Source of the DNA: Candidatus Zixiibacteriota bacterium
Lineage (GTDB): Bacteria > Zixibacteria > MSB-5A5 > GN15 > JAAZOE01
NCBI GenBank assembly: GCA_043819555.1
Contig: JBDREQ010000072.1
Location: 1-42,720, forward strand
DNA length: 42,720 nucleotides
Direction: 5' to 3'
Under the pieces are notes generated by a model. It was not told where the DNA came from. It made no database searches and saw nothing but the letters and a program-made list of their open reading frames with translations. This document shows positions 10,460-19,615 of this stretch, piece by piece. Both the position numbers and the translations under genes were made by a program. Positions within the stretch are counted from its first letter, which is position 1. The number at the start of each line of letters is the position of its first letter.

Positions 10460-10487
10460 AAAGTACGAAAAAATCTGTGCCAGTCAA
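10460..10487 (-). promoter_or_regulatory. Possible sigma70-type promoter for the 319-aa gene
   Basis: TTGACT-N16-TACTTT, with the same upstream T-tract context as the promoter at 5677. Confidence 0.4.
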
Positions 10488-10667
10488 TAAAAAAATAGCA
10501 CTTTTTTTCAATATTACTATATGGCGGCGGAGGGTACTATTAAAATACTGGCCCGGTTCAATTATGTCAAGACATTTAATTTAGCGTTATTCAGCCAATC
10601 CCTTTCTGAAATCAAAAGTCTTAACGCCATTGGTAAATCCTTATATCCGTCTTTATTTTAATAAGTT

Positions 10668-10699
10668 ATACGCCGCGAATGTGATAATTCGCGGCATAT
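10668..10699 (-). terminator. 13-bp stem-loop immediately 3' of the giant gene (terminator or 3' stabiliser)
   Basis: Minus strand ATATGCCGCGAAT-TATCAC-ATTCGCGGCGTAT. The G-U pair works only on the minus strand, and there is no clean U-tract. Confidence 0.55.
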
Positions 10700-10707
10700 A
10701 TTCTGTT

Positions 10708-13700
10708 TTAATTATTAATCGGAGGCGGCCCCTGCTTGAAGATAAAGTTCACCAGATAAAGGGCGTCACCGATATTGACAATGGGACCATCGACACCATC
10801 GTTGTTTACATCAGCGGCTTCCATGACAACCGGAGCGGCTCCCTGCTTGAAGACAAAATTGACAATAAAGATAGCATCGGCAATATTGACCGTTTCGTCA
10901 TTATTCGCGTCGCCTCGCAGGAAGGTTGCTACCCGGGTCCATTTTAATAATGTATCCGTCAAGCCAGCAGGATCCTCGACAACGTATCGGAACAGGTGCA
11001 TTGCGCCATTTTGCGAGGCATCGGGAGTAAATGTCAAACTCGCCGCGCCGTTGCCCGAATCGACCAGAACCGAATTAGGCGGAGGATTTATCATCCAGAA
11101 AAATATTGGATCAAGATCAGGATCGATAGCCAGTATGTGGTATTCGATTGACTCTCCCAATATTACCGTCATCGTATCAGTCGGAGAAGTAAAGATTGGC
11201 GCCTGGTTACCGGCTTCCTGAACAGTTATCGACACATATTCTGAATCGGCCAAACCATCCTTGAGAGCAATAAAGAGAACATTATAGGTTCCCGCCTGAA
11301 CATAATTAGGCGTAAATCGGAATGTTTTGGGCATGCCGGCAGAGAATAAGATTTCCGAGTTCGTCGGATTATTCTGGACAATTATATCTGCGTTCCCGCC
11401 GCCGGGATTAGTTGCTGTTATTAAAACATCCAGAGTCTCACCTTCAACGACCGTCTGAGGGCCGATAGGTTCGAGAATCGGAGCAACGGGTACATTTGTA
11501 ACTGTGAAGTTTATCGGTCCAAATATTCCAAAGTCATCAGGGTAACTCGGATCATTGTCATAAGCCGCAAATATTAAAGCGTAGATTCCGGCCTGGGTAT
11601 AATTCGGCGTCAATGTCAGAGTCGCGGTACCGTTTCCATTATCGACAAAATTAAAGTTGGCCGTACTTTGTACCATTACCATTCGCGGCGGTATGCCATC
11701 GGGGTCAAAACCAGACAGATTATATACCAGAGTACCGCCTTCGGCCACCGTCTTAGTTTGACCCGGCGGAATCTCAAGAAGGTAAGGCAATCGGTTGACA
11801 TCATTAATTACGATTTGAATGATAACGCTATCTATCATAGTTCCGTCGTCGGCGTCGGTCGCATAGAACGTTAAATCATAAGTTCCCGCATCGGTATACG
11901 AAGTTATCCATTCAAATCTGCCCGTATAATTGCCATTGTCTACGAAAGTGGCTGTACCCGGCAGAGTCGAAGTAGATAATATCGGTACAACCAAATCAAG
12001 ATCGGAACAGGTAACATCAAATCTGATTGTCGCGTTTTCATTGACGGTAATACTGGAAATTGGATCTAAAACCGGCATTTGATTACCGGCATCATCTACA
12101 ATAATAGTAACTAATTGCGAATCGGCCAATTCTCCATCGCTGGCGATAACCAGGATATCATAAATGCCTGACTGAGTATAACCCGGCATCCAGGAGAAAT
12201 TGGCAGTGCCGTCGCCGTTGTCGGAAAACGTTGCACCGCTGGGAAGCTGCTCGGCGGTCAGGGTCGGAATTGTTTCATCGGGATCAAGAACGCTAACTGC
12301 AAAGACTAGTTCAATCGCCTCGGTCACATTTTGTGCCGGGATAGGATCCAGAATCGGAGCCTGATTTCCCGCTTCAAGGACCTGAATTAAAACATTTACT
12401 CTATCAATATCAAAACCGTCACTGGCCCGTAATACTATTCCATAAAGCCCCGCCATCACGAAAGTTGGCGAGAATGTAAAGGTCCCGGTTCCGTCGAGAT
12501 TATCAATAAATGATGAGCTATCCGTTAAATCATCGGCGGATAAGATCGGAATACCACCATCCGGATCGGAAGCCGACACCATTAATACTAAGGTCTGACC
12601 TTCCGGAATCATCTGCGGCATAATGTCCGCGAATTCAGGCGGAGCATTCCCGGATACTACAGTAATCTCGACATCAATCGAAGCCGACATCGGTGAGGGT
12701 GAATCGTCTATAGCTATGAATCTGACGGTAAGAACGCCGGCCTGGCTATTATTCGGAGTAAATCTGAAAAGACCGGTATTATCGCCCTGATCCACGAAGG
12801 TCGCGTTATTGGGAATACCGGACGCGGTCAGGAAAACTTGACCGGAACCATCGGTGGTGGAATCGGACGCGGTTACTGTAAATTCAAGAGTTCTGCCGAC
12901 GCTGACTCCAAAGGGACCGATCGGCTCGATCGATGGAGGCTGATTTATTTCAATCGTAATTATTTCAACTAAGGCAATATCAGAAAGCTGAGGACTGCCA
13001 TCATCAGTAGCATAAATACGAATGGTATCCACGCCGGCCGAATTAAAATCAGGAGCGTACATAAATACGCCTGTTCCATTGAGGTTGTCAGTCAAGGTAA
13101 TCCCTGTCATAGGCTGATTAGATGTGTAGCTGAATACTACGTTATGCCCATCAGGGTCGGTGGCAGACAGAGGAATAATCAAAGTATCATTTTCGTTGAC
13201 CGCCCGCGGACTGATAATCGGATCCAGCACAGGCGCCTGATTGCCCAGCTCCGTTACCGAGACCAATACAAATTCGCTATCGGCCAGAACACCATCGCTG
13301 ATTATGAATGTAACACCATACACTCCCGCCTGAGTAAAATCAGGGGTGAAATCAAATATGCCGGTTCCGTCAAGATTGTCATTGAAAGTCGAATTAACGG
13401 GTAGATTTATGACCGTGAAAGTTGGAATGGTTCCATCGGGATCAACTGCCGTGATCAGAACATTCAGGTTGGTGCCTTCGGTAACAAATAGAGGCCCAAT
13501 CGCATTCAGCACTGGAGCTTGATTACCGGCATCCGCTACATTTATCGTCACCAGTTGAGAAACCGATTCAGAACCATCGTCGGCAAAGAACGTTATATCG
13601 AAACTGCCGGCCTGATCAAACGCAGGCGTGAAGTCAAAGATACCGGTCAAAGCTTCAAAGGTAGCGTTCGGCGGCAAGGCTGATGTCGATAATGTCGGCG

Positions 13701-16700
13701 TGGTTCCGTCAGGATCTGAAGCGGTTATTACAAAATTCAGATTTTCGCCTTCGTTGACTGCCTGAGGTGTTGCGATAGGATCGAGCACCGGCGGGCGATT
13801 AGTATTTAGAACCGTTATTATTACTACTTCGGAATCAACCAGAAATCCGTCAAAGGCTTTAAAGGTAACATTATATACACCTTCCTGAGTGAAATTCGGG
13901 TTGAAGTCAAAAATGCCGGTTAAATCATCAAAGGTGGCGTTAGCTGGGAATCCTGTCGCCGACAGAGTCGGTGCTGGGCCGTCTGGATCGGATGCCGTAA
14001 CTTCAAAGTTCAGGTTAGAATTTTCATACACAATCTGAGCGCCAATTGGATCCAGGACCGGAGCCTGGTTACCGCCATCGGTAACAGTTATCTGAACTAT
14101 TTCGGAATCAATATCAACACCGTCATCGGCATAGAAAGTAACAAAATGGTCACCGGCCTGAGCAAAATCAGGATTGAAATCAAATATGCCGGTTAAATCG
14201 TCAAATGTTGCATTAGTTGGTAAAGTCGATGTTGATAGCGTCGGAACCGTTCCGTCGGCATCGGATGCGGTGATTATCAAATTCAGATTACCGCCTTCAG
14301 CCACAGTCTGAGCGCCAATGGGATCGAGGACCGGCGGCTGATTTAATTCAGTTACTGTAATCTGGACGAGCTCCGAATCGGTCTCCAATCCATCGGCGGC
14401 ATAGAATGTTACAAAATGATCACCGCCCTGTGTGAAATCAGGATTGAAATCAAAAATACCGGTCAAATTATCAAACGTTGCATTGGCTGGAAGAGCAGAT
14501 GTCGCAAGAGTCGGGATAGTTCCATCGGCATCGGTCGCGGTGATTATTAGATTCAAATTGCCGCCTTCTGCCACGGTCTGCGGGCCAATTGCGGTTAGTA
14601 CCGGAGCATCATTTACAGGAGATACTGTAAACGTCGCCGGGTCAGAACCAATCTCAAGATCAGGGTCTTCGGCGGTAAATGTTATTGTCTCAGTTCCGTT
14701 CCATTCGGCGGTCGGAATTGAAATCGTAGCAACTCGAGCTGTGATATCAACTATCAGTTCAGTACTGCCGGAATAACTCCACGTCATCTCCGCATCTGTA
14801 TTATCAACATCCGAAACATAATCATCGAGATTTATCGTAATGAAACTTGCTCCTTCAGCGACCGTCTGGTCGGGAATATCTGAAACAATTGGAGCATCGT
14901 TGATTGGAGTAACTGTAAACGTCGCGGGATCAGAACCGGTCAGAAGTCCTGGATCTGAAGCCGTGAACGTAATGGTTTCAGAGCCGTTCCAATCAATGGT
15001 GGGAGTTGTTATTGTCGCTACCCGAGCAGTTATATCAACTATTAATTCTGTATTACCGGAATAACTCCAGGTCATCTCGTCATCGGTGTTATCGGCATCA
15101 CTTACAAAGTCATCAAGATTTATCGTCGTAAAACTTGCCCCTTCTGCAATCGACTGATCGGGAATATCCGTTACGACCGGAGCATCGCCAACCGCAGTTA
15201 CCGTAAATGTTGCCGGATCACTGCCTGTCGCCAGACCTGGGTCTTCGGCTGTGAACGTTATCGTCTCACTGCCATTCCATTCTGCAGTTGGAATTGTTAT
15301 CGTGGCTACTCGAGCTGTGATATCAACTATCAGCTCGATATTACCACTATATGACCATATCATCTCCGTATCAAGATTATCAACATCTGAGACATAATCA
15401 TCAAGATTAATGGTTGTAAAGAAATCTCCCTCACGCACTGTCTGGTCGGGAATATCTAAAACGACCGGAGCGTCGTTAACGGCGGTTACCGTAAATGTCG
15501 CCGGATCACTGCCTATCGCCAGATCTGGATCTTCGGCTGTAAACGTTATCGTCTCATTGCCGTTCCATTCGGCGGTCGGAATTGAAATCGTAGCAACTCG
15601 AGCTGTGATATCAACTATCAGTTCAGTACTGCCGGAATAACTCCACGTCATCTCCGCATCTGTATTATCAACATCCGAAACATAATCATCGAGATTTATG
15701 GTTGTAAAGACATCTCCCTCAAGCACTGTCTGGTCGGGAATATCTGAAACAATTGGAGCGTCGTTGATCGGAGTAACTGTAAACGTCGCGGGATCAGAAC
15801 CGGTCAGAAGTCCCGGATCTGAAGCCGTGAAAGTAATTGTTTCGGAGCCATTCCAATCAATGGTGGGAGTTGTTATTGTCGCTACCCGAGCCGTGATATC
15901 AACCGTTAACTCGGTGTAACCAGAATAACTCCACGTTATCTCAGTGTCGAGATTATCAATGTCGCTTACAAAATCATCTAAATTTATAGTCGCGAAACTC
16001 GCCCCCTCGACAATTGCCTGATCGGGAATATCCGTCACTACCGGAGCGTCATTGACCGGAGTAACCGTAAATGTTGCCGGATCACTGCCTGTCGCCAGAC
16101 CTGGGTCTTCGGCTGTAAACGTAATCGTTTCATTGCCGTTCCATTCTGCAGTCGGAATCGTTATAGTAGCAACTCGAGCCGTGATATCAACTATCAGTTC
16201 AGTACTGCCGGAATAACTCCACGTCATCTCCGCATCTGTATTATCAACATCCGAAACATAATCATCGAGATTAATGGTTGTAAAGACATCTCCCTCAAGC
16301 ACTGTCTGGTCGGGAATATCTAAAACGACCGGAGCATCATTAACAGCAGTTGCGGTGAATGTCGCAGGATCAGAACCGGTCAGAAGTCCCGGGTCAGAAG
16401 CCGTAAATGTAATTGTTTCAGAGCCGTTCCAATCAATGCCGGGAGTCGTGATTGTTGCTACCCTAGTAGTTATATCAACTATTAATTCCGTATTACCGGA
16501 ATAACTCCAGGTCATCTCAGCGTCGGTGTTGTCGGCATCACTTACAAAGTCATCGAGATTTATCGTCGTAAAACTTGCCCCTTCTGCAATCGACTGATCA
16601 GGAATATCTGTCACAACCGGAGCGTCGCCAACTGCAGTAACCGTAAAAGTCGCCGGATCAGAGTCGGTTGCAAAACCTGGGTCTTCGGCTGTAAACGTTA

Positions 16701-19608
16701 TCGTCTCGGTTCCGTTCCATTCTGCAGTCGGAATTGAAATCGTAGCAACTCGAGCTGTGATATCAACTGTCAGTTCAACATTACCTGAATAACTCCACGT
16801 CATCTCCGTATCTGTATTATCAACATCTGAGACATAATCATCGAGATTAATGGTTGTAAAGACATCTCCCTCAACCACCGTCTGATTAGGAATATCGGAA
16901 ACAATCGGAGCGTCATTGACTGGAGTAACAGTAAAGATTACAGGATCAGAATCTGAAAGGAGCCCCTGATCGGTCGCCGTAAAAGTAATTGTTTCGGTGC
17001 CATTCCAATCGGGAGTTGGCATTGTAATCGTAGCCACCCGAGCAGTTATATCAACCGATAATTCGGTATTACCGGAATAACTCCAGGTTAATTCATCATC
17101 GGCATTATCGATATCATTGACATAATCATCAAGGTTTATCGTCGTAAACAGTGAGCCTTCTATTATAGTTTGATTAGGTATATCTGCGACCACCGGAGCG
17201 TCATTGACATTGGTTGCTGTAAACACAACAGCATCAGCCCCTGAAGCCAATCCCGGGTCGGTCGCCGTAAAAGTAATCGTTTCGTTGCCATTCCAGTCGG
17301 GACTGGGGATATCAATTGTCGCGATTCGATTTAAATCAATTGATACTATCAAGTCTATATTGCCCGAATACGTCCAGTTCATTTCGGCGTCAGTGTTATC
17401 GATGTCGCTGACGAATGCGTCAAGGTTAATCGTGGTAAAGGCCCCGCCTTCTGATATAGTCTGGTCAGGTATATCAATCACCACCGGAGCGTCATTGACC
17501 GGAGTAACCGTAAAGTCAGCGGCATCAAAACCGGTCGCCAGACCTGGGTCTTCGGCTGTAAACGTGATCGTCTCGGTGCCGTTCCATTCGGCGGAGATCG
17601 GCGTAATCGTCGCTACCCGGGCCGTGATATCAACCGTCAGATTAGTATTGCCGGAATATGTCCAGGTCATCTCAGTATCGAGATTATCAACGTCGGTGAC
17701 ATAATCGTCTAAATTGATAACCGCGAATGAGGAGCCCTCGGCAATCGATTCATCGGGAATACCAGCCACCACCGGGGCATCATTAATATTCGTTACTGTG
17801 AAATCAGCCGCGTCAAAATCGGAGAGAAAACCGGGATCGGTCGCGGTAAAAGTGATTGTTTCCGTTCCTACCCAATCGGCGTCCGGAATTGTAATCGTGG
17901 CCACGCGAGCCGTGATATCAACTGTCAGCTCAGAATTTCCGGAATAACTCCAGGTTATCTCGCTATCGAGATTGTCTATATCGCTGACATAGTCATCAAG
18001 AGTAATAGTGGCAAACGTTGAGCCTTCAGTAATCGATTGATTAGGAATATCAGAAACAACCGGAGAATCCCCGATAGCGGTAACGGTAAACGTTGCCGGA
18101 TCAGAATCTGAAAGTAATCCCAGATCTTCTGCAGTAAAAGTGATCGTTTCAGTTCCATTCCAATCAGGAGTAGGAATCGTAATCGTCGCGACTCGGGCCG
18201 TGATATCAACCGTCAGCTCGATATTACCGGCATATGACCAAGTCATCTCGGCATCGGTATTATCTATATCGCTGACGAAGTCATCCAGATTTATAGTAGC
18301 GAATGAGGCGCCTTCTGGAATCGTCTGATCAGGGATATCTGTAACAACAGGAGCATCATTAACAGGCGTAACGGTGAAAACTGCCGGATCAATTGCGGAC
18401 ATTAAGCTGGGGTCGGTCGCCATAAATGATATCGTTTCACTTCCGCTCCACTCAGTCGAGGGAATAGTTATCGTTGCAATTCGACTGGCGTTAATCGTTA
18501 CGAATAACTCGACATTACCGCTGTAACTCCAAAGCATCTCAGTATCAAGATTATCAACGTCTGTTACATAATCATCAAGATTTATGGTAGCGAATGAGGC
18601 ACCCTCGGCAACAGTCTGATCGGGAATTCCGGATACCACCGGAGCGTCATTGACCGGAGTAACCGTAAATGTCGCCGGATTGGAATTTGATAGTAAATAT
18701 GTATCGGTCGCGGTAAAGGTAATTGTCTCGGCGCCATTCCAGTCAGCATTTGGTATTGAAATCGTAGCGACGCGATTGACATCTATCGAAACAGCTAACT
18801 CGATATTTCCAGAATATGTCCAGATTATTTCAGCGTCAGTATTATCGATATCGGTGACATAATCATCCAGATTAATCGTTGCGAAAGTCGATCCCTCAAT
18901 TATCGTCTCATCAGGAATATCAGATACTATCGGAGGATCGCCAACCGGAGTAACCGTGAAATCAGCCGCATCAAAACCGGTCGCCAGACTCGGGTCTTCG
19001 GCTGTAAACGTGATCGTCTCGGTCCCGTTCCATTCGGCCGAGATCGGCGTAATCGTCGCCACTCGGGCCGTTATATCAACCGTCAGATTGGTATTGCCCG
19101 AATAACTCCAAAGCATCTCAGTATCAAGGTTATCTGCGTCAGTCACATAATCATCAAGATTTATAGTCGCAAAACTACCGCCTTCGGCTATCGACTCATC
19201 AGGAATTCCGGATACCACCGGAGCGTCATTGACGGCCGTGACTGTAAAGATTGCAGGATCGGAGTCAAATAATAAATCCGGATCGGTAGCCGTAAATGTT
19301 ATTGTTTCGTTACCGTTCCAGTCAACCGTTGGAATTGTGATTGTGGCGATTCGAGCTGTTATATCAACTGTAAGCTCTAAATTTCCGGCGTAAGTCCAGG
19401 TCATTTGGTCGTCAGTATTCTCAGCGTCAGTAACATAATCATCAAGATTAATAGTCGTGAATGTTAAACCTTCGGCGACGGTCTGATCCGGAATATCCGA
19501 TACAACCGGGGCCGTTTGAGCCATCGCCGAGCCGGTTGTAAATATCAGACCAAGGGTTGCAATTACTGCCAGAATTTTATATTTGGTAAACATCATTTTT
19601 GCCCTCAC
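10708..19608 (-). CDS. Giant secreted adhesin/scaffold-like protein: 17 type-A plus 13 type-B cadherin/Ig-like repeats and a C-terminal dockerin
   Basis: Signal peptide ending AMA-Q; repeats counted by eye; C-terminal duplicated Ca-loop motif RGDANNDETVNIADAIFIVNFVFKQG…ADVNND…VNIGDALYLVNFIFKQGPPP. Alternative starts at 19596 or 19593. Confidence 0.9.
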   Translation of the reverse strand: MRAKMMFTKYKILAVIATLGLIFTTGSAMAQTAPVVSDIPDQTVAEGLTFTTINLDDYVTDAENTDDQMTWTYAGNLELTVDITARIATITIPTVDWNGNETITFTATDPDLLFDSDPAIFTVTAVNDAPVVSGIPDESIAEGGSFATINLDDYVTDADNLDTEMLWSYSGNTNLTVDITARVATITPISAEWNGTETITFTAEDPSLATGFDAADFTVTPVGDPPIVSDIPDETIIEGSTFATINLDDYVTDIDNTDAEIIWTYSGNIELAVSIDVNRVATISIPNADWNGAETITFTATDTYLLSNSNPATFTVTPVNDAPVVSGIPDQTVAEGASFATINLDDYVTDVDNLDTEMLWSYSGNVELFVTINASRIATITIPSTEWSGSETISFMATDPSLMSAIDPAVFTVTPVNDAPVVTDIPDQTIPEGASFATINLDDFVSDIDNTDAEMTWSYAGNIELTVDITARVATITIPTPDWNGTETITFTAEDLGLLSDSDPATFTVTAIGDSPVVSDIPNQSITEGSTFATITLDDYVSDIDNLDSEITWSYSGNSELTVDITARVATITIPDADWVGTETITFTATDPGFLSDFDAADFTVTNINDAPVVAGIPDESIAEGSSFAVINLDDYVTDVDNLDTEMTWTYSGNTNLTVDITARVATITPISAEWNGTETITFTAEDPGLATGFDAADFTVTPVNDAPVVIDIPDQTISEGGAFTTINLDAFVSDIDNTDAEMNWTYSGNIDLIVSIDLNRIATIDIPSPDWNGNETITFTATDPGLASGADAVVFTATNVNDAPVVADIPNQTIIEGSLFTTINLDDYVNDIDNADDELTWSYSGNTELSVDITARVATITMPTPDWNGTETITFTATDQGLLSDSDPVIFTVTPVNDAPIVSDIPNQTVVEGDVFTTINLDDYVSDVDNTDTEMTWSYSGNVELTVDITARVATISIPTAEWNGTETITFTAEDPGFATDSDPATFTVTAVGDAPVVTDIPDQSIAEGASFTTINLDDFVSDADNTDAEMTWSYSGNTELIVDITTRVATITTPGIDWNGSETITFTASDPGLLTGSDPATFTATAVNDAPVVLDIPDQTVLEGDVFTTINLDDYVSDVDNTDAEMTWSYSGSTELIVDITARVATITIPTAEWNGNETITFTAEDPGLATGSDPATFTVTPVNDAPVVTDIPDQAIVEGASFATINLDDFVSDIDNLDTEITWSYSGYTELTVDITARVATITTPTIDWNGSETITFTASDPGLLTGSDPATFTVTPINDAPIVSDIPDQTVLEGDVFTTINLDDYVSDVDNTDAEMTWSYSGSTELIVDITARVATISIPTAEWNGNETITFTAEDPDLAIGSDPATFTVTAVNDAPVVLDIPDQTVREGDFFTTINLDDYVSDVDNLDTEMIWSYSGNIELIVDITARVATITIPTAEWNGSETITFTAEDPGLATGSDPATFTVTAVGDAPVVTDIPDQSIAEGASFTTINLDDFVSDADNTDDEMTWSYSGNTELIVDITARVATITTPTIDWNGSETITFTASDPGLLTGSDPATFTVTPINDAPIVSDIPDQTVAEGASFITINLDDYVSDVDNTDAEMTWSYSGSTELIVDITARVATISIPTAEWNGTETITFTAEDPDLEIGSDPATFTVSPVNDAPVLTAIGPQTVAEGGNLNLIITATDADGTIPTLATSALPANATFDNLTGIFDFNPDFTQGGDHFVTFYAADGLETDSELVQITVTELNQPPVLDPIGAQTVAEGGNLNLIITASDADGTVPTLSTSTLPTNATFDDLTGIFDFNPDFAQAGDHFVTFYADDGVDIDSEIVQITVTDGGNQAPVLDPIGAQIVYENSNLNFEVTASDPDGPAPTLSATGFPANATFDDLTGIFDFNPNFTQEGVYNVTFKAFDGFLVDSEVVIITVLNTNRPPVLDPIATPQAVNEGENLNFVITASDPDGTTPTLSTSALPPNATFEALTGIFDFTPAFDQAGSFDITFFADDGSESVSQLVTINVADAGNQAPVLNAIGPLFVTEGTNLNVLITAVDPDGTIPTFTVINLPVNSTFNDNLDGTGIFDFTPDFTQAGVYGVTFIISDGVLADSEFVLVSVTELGNQAPVLDPIISPRAVNENDTLIIPLSATDPDGHNVVFSYTSNQPMTGITLTDNLNGTGVFMYAPDFNSAGVDTIRIYATDDGSPQLSDIALVEIITIEINQPPSIEPIGPFGVSVGRTLEFTVTASDSTTDGSGQVFLTASGIPNNATFVDQGDNTGLFRFTPNNSQAGVLTVRFIAIDDSPSPMSASIDVEITVVSGNAPPEFADIMPQMIPEGQTLVLMVSASDPDGGIPILSADDLTDSSSFIDNLDGTGTFTFSPTFVMAGLYGIVLRASDGFDIDRVNVLIQVLEAGNQAPILDPIPAQNVTEAIELVFAVSVLDPDETIPTLTAEQLPSGATFSDNGDGTANFSWMPGYTQSGIYDILVIASDGELADSQLVTIIVDDAGNQMPVLDPISSITVNENATIRFDVTCSDLDLVVPILSTSTLPGTATFVDNGNYTGRFEWITSYTDAGTYDLTFYATDADDGTMIDSVIIQIVINDVNRLPYLLEIPPGQTKTVAEGGTLVYNLSGFDPDGIPPRMVMVQSTANFNFVDNGNGTATLTLTPNYTQAGIYALIFAAYDNDPSYPDDFGIFGPINFTVTNVPVAPILEPIGPQTVVEGETLDVLITATNPGGGNADIIVQNNPTNSEILFSAGMPKTFRFTPNYVQAGTYNVLFIALKDGLADSEYVSITVQEAGNQAPIFTSPTDTMTVILGESIEYHILAIDPDLDPIFFWMINPPPNSVLVDSGNGAASLTFTPDASQNGAMHLFRYVVEDPAGLTDTLLKWTRVATFLRGDANNDETVNIADAIFIVNFVFKQGAAPVVMEAADVNNDGVDGPIVNIGDALYLVNFIFKQGPPPINN
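14608..19512 (-). repeat. 17 intragenic tandem repeats of 288/291 bp (96-97 aa; tandem-95/Big_9-like)
   Basis: Unit APVVxDIPDQxxxEG…TINLDDYVSD…WSYSG…WNGxETITFTA…VND. An identical ~92-nt block starts at 14741, 15605 and 16181, spaced at multiples of 288. Confidence 0.95.
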
Positions 19609-19615
19609 ACCTGAA

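Noticed and set aside
10466..10482. Sigma54 promoter (TGGCAC on the minus strand)
   Set aside because: No GC at the -12 position (GG-N10-TT); a sigma70 reading fits better.
14432..18862. Series of similar plus-strand ORFs (MVVKTSPS…, MIVSVPFQ…)
   Set aside because: Antisense shadows of the tandem repeats in the giant gene, with no independent coding evidence.
14608..19512. Repeats as a CRISPR array or DGR template/variable repeats
   Set aside because: Units are 288-bp in-frame coding modules with no unique spacers. No cas or reverse transcriptase gene is in the window, and differences do not appear adenine-restricted.
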